In this document: piece after piece, positions 9,139 through 17,574 of the stretch | How positions within the stretch are numbered: position 1 is the first letter of the stretch | How the letters are laid out: each line of letters opens with the position of its first letter | Source: Deltaproteobacteria bacterium HGW-Deltaproteobacteria-4 | GTDB taxonomy: Bacteria > Desulfobacterota > Desulfuromonadia > Desulfuromonadales > UBA2197 | Length of the DNA stretch: 64,000 nucleotides | Direction of reading: 5' to 3' | Assembly: GCA_002841765.1 (NCBI GenBank) | Contig: PHAV01000002.1 | Location: 73,604-137,603 of the forward strand | Made by a program: the position numbers and the translations under genes | The notes under the pieces: model-generated | The model's input: the letters and a program-made list of their open reading frames with translations, nothing else | Databases searched by the model: none | What the model was told of the DNA's origin: nothing

Positions 9139-9888
9139 ATGGAGTGGTTGACCGATCCGCAGGTCTGGATGGCGCTGGTCACACTGACGGCGTTGGAAAT
9201 TGTTTTGGGCATTGACAATATTATTTTTATCTCCATTCAGGCCAGCAAACTGCCCGCCCATCAGCAGAAGAAGGCTCGCCAGGTCGGCCTCGGGCTGGCG
9301 ATGTTTATTCGCGTTGCTCTCCTTTTTTCTCTGAGCTGGCTGATGGGACTCACCGCTCCGCTCTTTTCCGTGATCGGCAATGAAATTTCCGGGCGGGACC
9401 TGATCCTGCTCTCCGGCGGTCTCTTCCTCCTTTGGAAAAGCACCATGGAGATTCACGAAAAGCTTGAAGGAGAAGAAGTGGTTGCGTCCGCGCGGGTCGG
9501 GGCAACCTTTAGTGCCGTCATCGTCCAGATCCTCCTGCTCGACATCGTCTTCTCCCTCGATTCGATCATTACCGCCCTGGGGATGGCCAACCAGTTGCCC
9601 GTCATGATCGCCGCGGTCGTCATTGCTGTCGGCTTCATGATGTTCTTCGCCGGTGCGATCAGTGACTTCGTCGAAAAACACCCGACGATCAAGATGCTGG
9701 CCTTGAGTTTTCTCCTCCTCATCGGTGTCGCTCTGATTGGTGATGGTTTGGATATGCATATCCCCAAGGGTTATATCTATTTTGCTATGGCCTTCTCGGT
9801 GATGGTCGAAATGCTCAACTTGCGACTGAGACGCGGCACTCCGGTCAAGTTGCATCAGCCCCACCTGGAAGGGAGCAGCGAAGGTTAG
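9139..9888 (+). CDS. TerC-family integral membrane protein (putative Mn/metal exporter)
   Basis: LEIVLGIDNIIFISI and LLLDIVFSLDSIITALGM TerC signature repeats. Confidence 0.8.
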   Translation: MEWLTDPQVWMALVTLTALEIVLGIDNIIFISIQASKLPAHQQKKARQVGLGLAMFIRVALLFSLSWLMGLTAPLFSVIGNEISGRDLILLSGGLFLLWKSTMEIHEKLEGEEVVASARVGATFSAVIVQILLLDIVFSLDSIITALGMANQLPVMIAAVVIAVGFMMFFAGAISDFVEKHPTIKMLALSFLLLIGVALIGDGLDMHIPKGYIYFAMAFSVMVEMLNLRLRRGTPVKLHQPHLEGSSEG

Positions 9889-9968
9889 TGGCTGGGACTT
9901 GCGAGAAAGTTTCAACTGTTTTAATATTGCGGAATAATTTCAACCCCAAGCACAAGGAGAACCTAAAC

Positions 9969-10682
9969 ATGGAACGTCCGATTATTTATACCAGTACCAC
10001 TGCTGCCAGAGATGGCGTCAGTGATGTTGGCAGTTTTTTTCGCAGTGTTTATGGCTGGATGACCGTGGGGCTGGGGTTGACGGCGATTGTTGCCCTCTAC
10101 ACGGTGACAACCCCGGCACTGATGCAGATGATCTTCGGCAACAAGCTGGTCTTTTACGGACTGGTCATCGGTCAAGTCGGTCTGGTCATCGCTCTTTCGG
10201 CGGCGATCAATCGTTTAAGTGCGACGGCCGCGACCTTGATGTTCTGCGTCTACGCCGCCCTGAGCGGGTTGACCTTTGCGTCGATCTTTGTCGTTTATAC
10301 GCAATCGTCCATCGCTTCGACCTTCTTCGTCACCGCCGGCACCTTCGGGGCAATGAGCCTTTACGGTCTGCTCACCAAGAAGGATCTTTCTTCCTGGGGC
10401 AGCTTCCTCTTCATGGGGCTGATCGGTGTCGTCATCGCTTCGATCGTCAATATCTTTTTGCAGAGCCCGGCGATGACCTGGGTCGTTTCCTGCGCCGGGG
10501 TGCTGGTCTTTACCGGGTTGACCGCTTACGATACCCACAGTTTGAAAGTTCTGGCGCAGAACGGCTTTGCCCATGGCGAGGAGCGCAAGAAGCTCGCCAT
10601 TATCGGCGCCCTCAAACTCTATCTCGACTTTATCAATCTCTTCCTCATGCTCCTGCGCCTCCTTGGCGGCAGTCGCGACTAG
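9969..10682 (+). CDS. Bax inhibitor-1/YccA family membrane protein
   Basis: 7-TM protein with FFRSVYGWMTVGL and a C-terminal ALKLYLDFINLFLMLLRLLG motif. Start at the ATG at 9969. Confidence 0.8.
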   Translation: MERPIIYTSTTAARDGVSDVGSFFRSVYGWMTVGLGLTAIVALYTVTTPALMQMIFGNKLVFYGLVIGQVGLVIALSAAINRLSATAATLMFCVYAALSGLTFASIFVVYTQSSIASTFFVTAGTFGAMSLYGLLTKKDLSSWGSFLFMGLIGVVIASIVNIFLQSPAMTWVVSCAGVLVFTGLTAYDTHSLKVLAQNGFAHGEERKKLAIIGALKLYLDFINLFLMLLRLLGGSRD

Positions 10683-10689
10683 CAGTGCA

Positions 10690-10768
10690 GGGGCAATTCA
10701 TGAATTGCCCCAACGATTTCAAATACAAAAAGGGTTGCCCGCGTTTTGCGGTGCAACCCTTTTTTCGG
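10690..10768. terminator. Two hairpins between convergent genes (bidirectional terminator)
   Basis: GGGGCAATTCATGAATTGCCCC, then AAAAAGGGTTGC...GCAACCCTTTTTT. Confidence 0.65.
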
Positions 10769-10780
10769 TTTTTGCTGCGG

Positions 10781-11128
10781 TTAACTAACGGCGTGCGCGG
10801 TAATGGCGGTGCGACAGGCACTGCAGCGCAACTCTTCGTCGCGGTAGGATTTGAGCAGAAGTTCCCCTTCGATAATTCCGTTGCCCTGACAACTCTCCGG
10901 GCCATCCAGCCCCTGACAGGGGACAGCAAAGAGCAGGGGTTTGAGGAACTTTTCGTAAGTTGCCCGGGGTTTGGGGGCAAGGAGATCGATATTGCCGTCG
11001 GTGTCGATGAGATTGGTGGCGACGCCGAGAACGGTGCGCGGCAGATAGCCGGTCCCCTGCACCGCCTTTTCTACATAAGATTTTCCTTTGCCGAGCAGAT
11101 ACGCGAGTACATTTAAATCGATTTCCAT
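10781..11128 (-). CDS. Hypothetical Cys-containing protein downstream of recQ
   Basis: ORF with good codon usage, same strand and 30 bp from the recQ stop. No family recognised. Confidence 0.4.
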   Translation of the reverse strand: MEIDLNVLAYLLGKGKSYVEKAVQGTGYLPRTVLGVATNLIDTDGNIDLLAPKPRATYEKFLKPLLFAVPCQGLDGPESCQGNGIIEGELLLKSYRDEELRCSACRTAITAHAVS

Positions 11129-11158
11129 GCTTTTCCTCCGTTAGTTGTCATTATTTCA

Positions 11159-12961
11159 TCAGGATTGTACCAGATAACTTTTGATTTCCTCGATAAAGGG
11201 CGCGCCGTAATGCTGGAGCTTGAGACGGCCGACGCCGTTGATTCGCAGCAGGGCTTCCGGAGTGGTCGGGTGATAAGCGGCCATCTCCGCCAGGGAGATA
11301 TCGCTGAAGATGACGTAGGGGGGGACGCCAGCCCTATCCGCCAACTGTTTGCGCAGGGTGCGCAGGAGGTCGAAGAGCTCCTGATCATAATCGATCTCGC
11401 CGGGTTTTTTGCGCGCGGACTTCTTCTCCGGAGCCACCTTGAGGCGGGGCTTGGCCAGAGTTAATTTCTGTTCTCCGCGCAGCAGCGGTCGGGCGGCCTC
11501 CGTGAGTTTGAGGACCGAGAAGTTGGCGACGTCTTGGCGCAGATAGCCGAGATGGATGAGCTGGCGAAAGAGGCTGCTCCACACTTCGCTGCTCATATTC
11601 GCGCCGATGCCGTGCGTCGAGAGTTTATCATGGCCGAGTTCGAGAACGCGGTGAGTGCGAGCGCCGCGCAGCACATCGAGGACATGGCCGATACCGAAAC
11701 GCTGGCCGACGCGGTAGACGCAGGAGAGGGCCTTCTGGGCGTCGACCGTGGCGTCGTAGGTCTCAGGTGGGTTGAGGCAGATGTCGCAGTTGCCGCAGTC
11801 CTCGGCAAGATGTTCGCCAAAATAGCCGAGGAGGATGCGGCGCCTACAGTTCAGCGCTTCGGCGAAACCGACCATAGCGTTGAGTTTGTGCAGCTCGATC
11901 CTCTTCTGCTCGGGATTCCCCCCCTTTTCAATCAGTCCGCGGCTGATGGCGATATCGCCGTAACCGAAGAGGAGAAGGGCTTCACTCGGTAATCCGTCGC
12001 GGCCGGCGCGGCCTGTCTCCTGATAATAACTTTCTACATTCTTGGGGAGATCGTAATGAACGACATAGCGCACGTTCGGTTTGTCGATCCCCATGCCGAA
12101 AGCGACCGTCGCCACAACAATCTGCACATCATCGCGCAAGAAGGCTTCCTGCACGCGCTGCCGCTCGCCATCCGGTAATCCGGCGTGGTAAGCAGCGGCT
12201 TTGTGGCCGGCGCCGACCAGTTTGGCGGTCACCTCTTCCACCCGTTTGCGCGACAGGGCGTAGACGATGCCGGACTGGTTGCTGCGGTTCTTGACAAAGG
12301 CCAGGAGCTGCACCGCCGGTTTGACTTTGTCGACGACAGAGTAACGGATGTTGGGGCGATCGAAACCGGCGATAAAGACCGCCGCGTCCTGTAAACCGAG
12401 GCGGGGGAGGATGTCGGCGCGGGTCTGCGGGTCGGCGGTGGCGGTCAGGGCAATGAGGGGGATGCCGGGGAAGTGGCGACGCAATCGGCCGAGCTGGATA
12501 TATTCGGGGCGGAAATCGTGCCCCCACTGGGAAACGCAGTGCGCTTCGTCGATAGCGAAGAGGGCGATGGGAATCTCCCGCAGGCGGGCCAGAAAATCCT
12601 CACTCATCAACCGTTCCGGCGCAACATAAAGGAGGTCAAGCTCGCCGGCATGGAGTTTCGCCAGAGTCTGACGGGCTTCCGCCGCTTTCAGGGAGGAGTT
12701 GTAAACCGCAGCGCGCACGCCGTTGGCCTGCAGGGCATCGACCTGATCCTTCATCAGCGAGATTAGCGGCGAGACGACGATGCCGACACCGGGGCGGTGC
12801 AGGGCCGGGACCTGAAAACAGAGGGATTTGCCGCCGCCGGTCGGCATCAGGACAAAAGCGTCGTGGCCGGCGATCAGGCGATCGACGATCTCTTCCTGAT
12901 AGGGGCGAAAGGCGCTGTAGCCAAAGACACTTTGCAGGGTTTCACGGGGAGAGGGCAACAA
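11159..12961 (-). CDS. recQ: ATP-dependent DNA helicase RecQ
   Basis: FGYSAFRPYQEEIV, MPTGGGKSLCFQ, DEAH box (FAIDEAHCVSQWGHDFRPEY), RecQ zinc-binding cysteines (CGNCDIC) and a C-terminal HRDC-like region. Confidence 0.95.
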   Translation of the reverse strand: MLPSPRETLQSVFGYSAFRPYQEEIVDRLIAGHDAFVLMPTGGGKSLCFQVPALHRPGVGIVVSPLISLMKDQVDALQANGVRAAVYNSSLKAAEARQTLAKLHAGELDLLYVAPERLMSEDFLARLREIPIALFAIDEAHCVSQWGHDFRPEYIQLGRLRRHFPGIPLIALTATADPQTRADILPRLGLQDAAVFIAGFDRPNIRYSVVDKVKPAVQLLAFVKNRSNQSGIVYALSRKRVEEVTAKLVGAGHKAAAYHAGLPDGERQRVQEAFLRDDVQIVVATVAFGMGIDKPNVRYVVHYDLPKNVESYYQETGRAGRDGLPSEALLLFGYGDIAISRGLIEKGGNPEQKRIELHKLNAMVGFAEALNCRRRILLGYFGEHLAEDCGNCDICLNPPETYDATVDAQKALSCVYRVGQRFGIGHVLDVLRGARTHRVLELGHDKLSTHGIGANMSSEVWSSLFRQLIHLGYLRQDVANFSVLKLTEAARPLLRGEQKLTLAKPRLKVAPEKKSARKKPGEIDYDQELFDLLRTLRKQLADRAGVPPYVIFSDISLAEMAAYHPTTPEALLRINGVGRLKLQHYGAPFIEEIKSYLVQS

Positions 12962-13191
12962 GAATGGATCTCCAGGCGCGGACTGGTTTGATGGTGTGCC
13001 CGCGGCAGGGAGAGGATGGCAAGAGTGCCCTGGGAAGTCAACGGAAAAGGATGAAATGTTTATTCTCCCGAGTCACTTCGCCGCAATAATGGCAGGCCTT
13101 CAAAATGGTCAGCATTTCCACGGTGTCGTTCTTCAAGTTGCAGACAATGCGGTTTCCCCGTTATACAAACTCCCCGAGTTACCGGTTCTCT

Positions 13192-13935
13192 TTACGTCCC
13201 GCTGAAGACCCGTTGCAGCAGTTCGGTGGTCCGCTTCACCGGATTTTGCCGAATGGCAGCTTCTTCGACCGCCAGGTAGTGGAAGAGACCATCCGTGGTT
13301 TTACCGACCACATAGCCGGTGAGGTCGACCTTGATGCTTGGGGTGAAGGGGAGGGTTTCAACCTTGGCGACGGCCTGCTGGTAGAGGCGCACCGCGCCGA
13401 CCTGGGCGAGGCTGTCGTCGATCACCGGGCGCATGGTGATAATCAATTCCGGCGTCATCTTGCCCTGGAAGTAGCGGGTCGCCGCGTCTTTCGGGCCGTT
13501 GAAGATGGCGCGGGCGTCGTCGAGGGTCATGGCGCGAATCGATTGCCAGAAAAGCGCCTTGGCCTGCGGCGCGGCAGCTTCGGCGGCGCGGTTGCAGCGG
13601 GTTTCCAGATCATCGAGCACGCCGTTCAGGCCGACCATTGCCAGAACATTGCGGGCGTCGGCGAGCTTCTGCGGCAACGGGATATGGATCGCCGGATCAG
13701 CGTTGAAGCCGTCGGTGCGTCCGACCTGGGTGACCACCCGTTCACTGCCGATGCGCAGCGCCTCTTTCAGTCCTGCGGCAATGTCAGCGGTCGAAAGGGC
13801 TGCCGGTTGGTTCAACGTCGGCGGCAGGTTGGCGAGGGCGCGTTGCAGTTCGACCTCGGTGCAAGCGGTCAATCCGCCGGTGAGGAGGAGAAGGGCGAGT
13901 CCCAAACGGAAGGGAGAATTTAATCGAGATATCAT
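13192..13935 (-). CDS. DUF4197-like lipoprotein
   Basis: Lipobox LLTGGLTAC. The motif LSTADIAAGLKEALRIG...IPLP is recalled as DUF4197. Confidence 0.55.
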   Translation of the reverse strand: MISRLNSPFRLGLALLLLTGGLTACTEVELQRALANLPPTLNQPAALSTADIAAGLKEALRIGSERVVTQVGRTDGFNADPAIHIPLPQKLADARNVLAMVGLNGVLDDLETRCNRAAEAAAPQAKALFWQSIRAMTLDDARAIFNGPKDAATRYFQGKMTPELIITMRPVIDDSLAQVGAVRLYQQAVAKVETLPFTPSIKVDLTGYVVGKTTDGLFHYLAVEEAAIRQNPVKRTTELLQRVFSGT

Positions 13936-13969
13936 ACCGGCTCCTTGGTTAGTCTCTCAGAGTGAACGT

Positions 13970-15187
13970 TTAATAACTGGCGGAGGCTCCACCGCCGCGA
14001 AATTCGCCATCGCCCCCCTGGAAGCCTCCGCTCGGGGCCTCCTTCGGCGTTGGCGCCAGAGGCTGCATCGCCGCCAGGGCTTCGGCATCCAGGCCGTAGA
14101 GACGGGGCTCCAGCAACGGCTCGGCGGTGAAGGCTCCCCGGCGCCGCTCCGCACCGCGGCGCAGCCAGCGCAGCAGGCCGAAGGCGAGCCCGCCGAGGAC
14201 AAGGCCGGCGATCGTCAGCTGCTCGGCGAGATAGCCGAGGTGGTAGAAGTATTTGAGGGTGAGGATCGAGGCGGTGCCGGTGAAGACTCCGTACCAAAGA
14301 AGCGCCCGATCCCGGTGGACGATCCCCAGCCCCAGGGCAGCGACGGGGAGGAGGGCGGTGAGCGCGGCGCAGAGAGGATCAACCCAGGGGGCGGACCAGT
14401 AGCCGCCTCTTGCTCCCGGCATCCAGCCGAGCCAGTCCAGCCAGAGCAGGCGGTGGGCGAGTAGGTTCACGTCCAGGTAGATCCCCGCCAGGACGGTGAG
14501 ACGCACCGTCTCCAGGCACCAGATGGTGCCCCGTGGCAGAGTTCCCCGGCGGCCGAGCTGTTGCTGTGCCCAGATCCCCAGCGTGCTTAACAGGAGGAAG
14601 AGGACCACCCGACTCCACCCCGGCCGGTACCAGTGCAGCGCCTCGGCGAGATGGAAGGGGAGGGCGGCAAGGGCCACCACCGCCCCCAGCGCCGCCAGGG
14701 CATAGCCGTAGCGGATCGCCAGCAGGGTGGCACCGATCAGGAAGACGCCGTGGGCTGCCAGCCAACTCAGGCGTTCCACACTTCGTCCCCAATCGTGGGA
14801 GGGGATGCCGATTGCCAGCGCCAAAAAGACGACGGCCATAAATAGCAGTATCTCTTCAGCGCCGCAGCGGTAAAGACGGCGGCCCTGAATGAGCTGATGA
14901 TCCGCCACCCAGGCGCACAGGGGGACAAAGAGCAGAAAGAGGAGCGTCATGCCGGTCTGCTCTACACGAAGGAGCACGGCCGGGAGGGCTATCAGAGCCA
15001 CCACGCCGATGGCAGTGAAGAACGCCAACAGGATGCGGATGAAAAGGTTCACCCGCACCAGTTCGGGACGATAGCGTTCCCGTACTGCCGTGGCCTGGGC
15101 TGGCGAGATCAGTCCCGCCTCCTCCCAGCGCCGGGACTCCTCGACCACCTGAACCCGCTTCTCACCTTGCGCATAGAGGGCGATCAT
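13970..15187 (-). CDS. Polytopic membrane protein (paralogue of the upstream gene), Gly-rich C-terminus
   Basis: Real start is MIALYAQGEK at 15187, overlapping the upstream stop (ATGA). The 644-aa track ORF is an artefactual upstream extension. Confidence 0.6.
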   Translation of the reverse strand: MIALYAQGEKRVQVVEESRRWEEAGLISPAQATAVRERYRPELVRVNLFIRILLAFFTAIGVVALIALPAVLLRVEQTGMTLLFLLFVPLCAWVADHQLIQGRRLYRCGAEEILLFMAVVFLALAIGIPSHDWGRSVERLSWLAAHGVFLIGATLLAIRYGYALAALGAVVALAALPFHLAEALHWYRPGWSRVVLFLLLSTLGIWAQQQLGRRGTLPRGTIWCLETVRLTVLAGIYLDVNLLAHRLLWLDWLGWMPGARGGYWSAPWVDPLCAALTALLPVAALGLGIVHRDRALLWYGVFTGTASILTLKYFYHLGYLAEQLTIAGLVLGGLAFGLLRWLRRGAERRRGAFTAEPLLEPRLYGLDAEALAAMQPLAPTPKEAPSGGFQGGDGEFRGGGASASY

Positions 15188-16128
15188 TCGGCGCTCCGGA
15201 AGCGGCGGTGAAAGGCCACTAGCGCCGAGATCAGGGCCGTCGCCGTGATCAGAAAGTAGAAGAGGATCCCTTCTGCCTGCCAGCGGCCGCGCTCCAGCAC
15301 GAAGATGGTGACCCCCAGATAGGCGTACAACACGGCGTAGAGGAGAAAGGCGAAGCTGCGGGTGCGCTGGGAGTAGAGGGCGCTCCCCGCAGCGCTCAGC
15401 AGGATGCCAACGAGGTAGAGTAGCCCCATGCTCCGGGAGCCGACCCCCGCGACCAGCGCGGCGAACAGGATGTTGATCCCCAGGTGCAGATGCACGGGGA
15501 GGAAGTGGCTCTTCCAGTTCAGCCGAACCTGGGCCGCGCCCGCGGCGATCACCGTGGCGCCGAAGCCGAGGGCGTTCCCCCGCAGCGCGCCCTCCCACAT
15601 CCCCCCGGTAAGCAGGCTGGTCTTGACGCCGAGCCAGGCTCCGAGAGTGGTAAGGGCGAGGGAGAGGACGAGGCGGTTGTCGAAGTAGTAGGCGGCCAGG
15701 AGGTAGAAAAGGCCGGAGCCGAGGAGCCACCAGCTCCAGTCCTGGGCGAGGAGCTGGTAACGGAGTTCGAGGTAGCCCTGCAGGGAGCCGAGGAGGAGGC
15801 AGCCGAGAAGTAGGATGTAGTCGTAGGCTGCATCGGGGGCCGGCAGTCGCGCGGCTACAAAGCCGCCGCCGTGGCGCAGGCAATAGATGAAGCAGCCCGC
15901 GCATCCCAGGGCGATGGCCGCGAGCAGGGCGAGGTGGCCGATGGAGGCGAAGTGTTTGGCGATGAGCAGGCCGAGGCCGGTGGTGAGAATGAGGATGCCG
16001 GCATAAAGGAGGAGCCGTAGTTCCCAGTGCACCGAAAAGAGTTCGCGGCTGTAGATGCGGCGCAGCAGTGCCGCCTGTTTCCGACCGAGAATTTTGGCCC
16101 CCTCCAGATCATTCAATGCGTCCTGCAT
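15184..16128 (-). CDS. Polytopic membrane protein (DUF2157-like?)
   Basis: Cytoplasmic N-terminal helix (QAALLRRIYSRELFSVHWELRLLLY) followed by ~9 TM helices. Start at MQDALNDLEG, or 16176. Confidence 0.55.
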   Translation of the reverse strand: MQDALNDLEGAKILGRKQAALLRRIYSRELFSVHWELRLLLYAGILILTTGLGLLIAKHFASIGHLALLAAIALGCAGCFIYCLRHGGGFVAARLPAPDAAYDYILLLGCLLLGSLQGYLELRYQLLAQDWSWWLLGSGLFYLLAAYYFDNRLVLSLALTTLGAWLGVKTSLLTGGMWEGALRGNALGFGATVIAAGAAQVRLNWKSHFLPVHLHLGINILFAALVAGVGSRSMGLLYLVGILLSAAGSALYSQRTRSFAFLLYAVLYAYLGVTIFVLERGRWQAEGILFYFLITATALISALVAFHRRFRSAE

Positions 16129-16208
16129 CTTATTTCTCCTGTCGTTATCTGCGATCCGTCCTTTGTTCATTGTCAAGGGCTGACGTCTTTGATTTCGCCC
16201 AAAAAAAT

Positions 16209-16769
16209 CTATCGGTATTCATCCTCGGCCCAGCGCGCCGGATTGGCCTCGATATAATCGCGAATTGCTTCGAAATCAGCTTGGTTGCGGATGACGTGTT
16301 CGTAATAGTTGCGTTGCCAGAGAGCCCCGTTCACCCCGCCTGTCGCATTGAGCCGGCGGGTCACCGCGGCCTTGAATTGTCCGATCATCGCGCCCAACGA
16401 CCCCGTCGCTGGGCCGGGCGTAGGGGCGACCCGGTGGGTCGCCCGGTTGTCGCAATCGGAGGACGTTGATCGGGCGACCCACCGGGTCGCCCCTACGGGG
16501 TGATCGATCAAAATAATGCCGTGCAGATGATTCGGCATAATGACAAAGGCATCCAAAACCACCTGTGGCCGAACTTCAGCGGTCCGCAGCCATTCGTCCC
16601 GTACCATCTCCCCTGATTCATTTAGCTGCATCTCGCCATCGACCACCGCCCCGAAGCGGCAGGTCTTACCGTGCGTACAGAGGGTCACAAAGTACGCCCC
16701 GTTAGCGGCGTAATCATAGTCGCGCAGGCGGATGGAGCGACGGTGCTGTAAGTCAGATGGCTGCGGCAT
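16209..16769 (-). CDS. REP-associated tyrosine transposase (RayT / IS200-like Y1 HUH transposase family)
   Basis: HUH motif MPNHLHGIILI, catalytic-Tyr region LWQRNYYEHVIRN, C-terminal IRDYIEANPARW. Surrounded by GTAG-headed REPs. Confidence 0.8.
   Translation of the reverse strand: MPQPSDLQHRRSIRLRDYDYAANGAYFVTLCTHGKTCRFGAVVDGEMQLNESGEMVRDEWLRTAEVRPQVVLDAFVIMPNHLHGIILIDHPVGATRWVARSTSSDCDNRATHRVAPTPGPATGSLGAMIGQFKAAVTRRLNATGGVNGALWQRNYYEHVIRNQADFEAIRDYIEANPARWAEDEYR
16420..16496. repeat. Inverted REP pair inside the RayT coding sequence
   Basis: GTAGGGGCGACCCGGTGGGTCGCCC (16420-16444) and its inverted copy GGGCGACCCACCGGGTCGCCCCTAC (16472-16496). On the coding strand it translates in frame as GATRWVARSTSSDCDNRATHRVAPT. 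Confidence 0.9.
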
Positions 16770-16817
16770 GGAACCCCCTCCATGATGATCATTAAAGATT
16801 CTGTCCCTCGTTGTACC

Positions 16818-16879
16818 GTAGGGGCGCATTGCATGCGCCCGTCTGGTTGGTGTCGTAGGGGCGACCCGGTGGGTCGCCC
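16818..16879 (+). repeat. 62-bp composite REP unit (BIME-like), copy 1
   Basis: GTAGGGGCGCATTGCATGCGCCC + GTCTGGTTGGTGTC + GTAGGGGCGACCCGGTGGGTCGCCC. Confidence 0.9.
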
Positions 16880-16923
16880 AGTTTGGATTACCCTTTCCGT
16901 CGAAAGGGGATGACATTGTCAGG

Positions 16924-17430
16924 CTAGGGCGGCGCTGGCGGCGGATCGGCCAGGGTGCGCATTTCATCCCGTGGCCGGCCATATTTCAGCGCCCCCATCG
17001 GGGTCTCGACGATTTTATCCGACGTCTCCTCCGGCGTGTCACCGCCGTATTCAATATGGGCTTGGGCGCAGCGGACAAGGTCGTTGATCGAGCCCATGAC
17101 CTTGCGGTCGCCGGTCTTGATGAAGACGACCTCGTCCCCGGCCGGGATGATCCGTTCCTTGAAGAGTGCGCCGCAACCGTCCTTGATCATCTGTCTTACC
17201 AGGGCCTCGTAGGCGCGTTCGATGAAATGCTCGGGTTTGGTGATGCCGCGTCCGGGGAAGATCACCGAATAGAGGGTGGCGCTGTTGGTGACGATGATGT
17301 ACTGGCAGCGGTCGGCGACAAAGAGGTTGGCGGTCCAGTCGGTCAGGGGGTCGGCGGCGCGGGGGAGGGCGACCGTCGGGGCGATCTTGAGCTTGGTGGC
17401 GAGTTTTTGGGTGACGCGGAAGATGAGCAT
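16924..17430 (-). CDS. Hypothetical protein (possibly DUF6933-like) flanked by composite REP units
   Basis: 168-aa ORF starting MLIFRVTQKLATKL. High GC. The family assignment is from memory only. Confidence 0.45.
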   Translation of the reverse strand: MLIFRVTQKLATKLKIAPTVALPRAADPLTDWTANLFVADRCQYIIVTNSATLYSVIFPGRGITKPEHFIERAYEALVRQMIKDGCGALFKERIIPAGDEVVFIKTGDRKVMGSINDLVRCAQAHIEYGGDTPEETSDKIVETPMGALKYGRPRDEMRTLADPPPAPP

Positions 17431-17478
17431 GGCAACCTCGGTGATAAGTTGGCGTGCAGGCGCGAGGTGATGTTTGCT

Positions 17479-17540
17479 GTAGGGGCGCATTGCATGCGCC
17501 CGCTTGGTTGGTGTCGTAGGGGCGACCCGGTGGGTCGCCC
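17479..17540 (+). repeat. 62-bp composite REP unit (BIME-like), copy 2
   Basis: GTAGGGGCGCATTGCATGCGCCC + GCTTGGTTGGTGTC + GTAGGGGCGACCCGGTGGGTCGCCC. Differs from copy 1 at 2 spacer positions. Confidence 0.9.
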
Positions 17541-17574
17541 GGTTTGTACTAAAAGCCCCCCCATTTAATTCATT

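Noticed and set aside
12962-13191. 230-bp gap between recQ and the DUF4197 gene as a possible sRNA or small gene
   Set aside because: I saw no convincing hairpin/terminator pair, conserved motif or ORF with an RBS. It most simply holds the recQ promoter.
15188-15904. N-terminal 239-aa extension of the 644-aa ORF 13970..15904
   Set aside because: The extension is Pro/Arg-rich low complexity and overlaps the well-formed membrane-protein gene 15184..16128 in another frame. A Met at 15187 with an ATGA stop-start overlap gives a sensible start.
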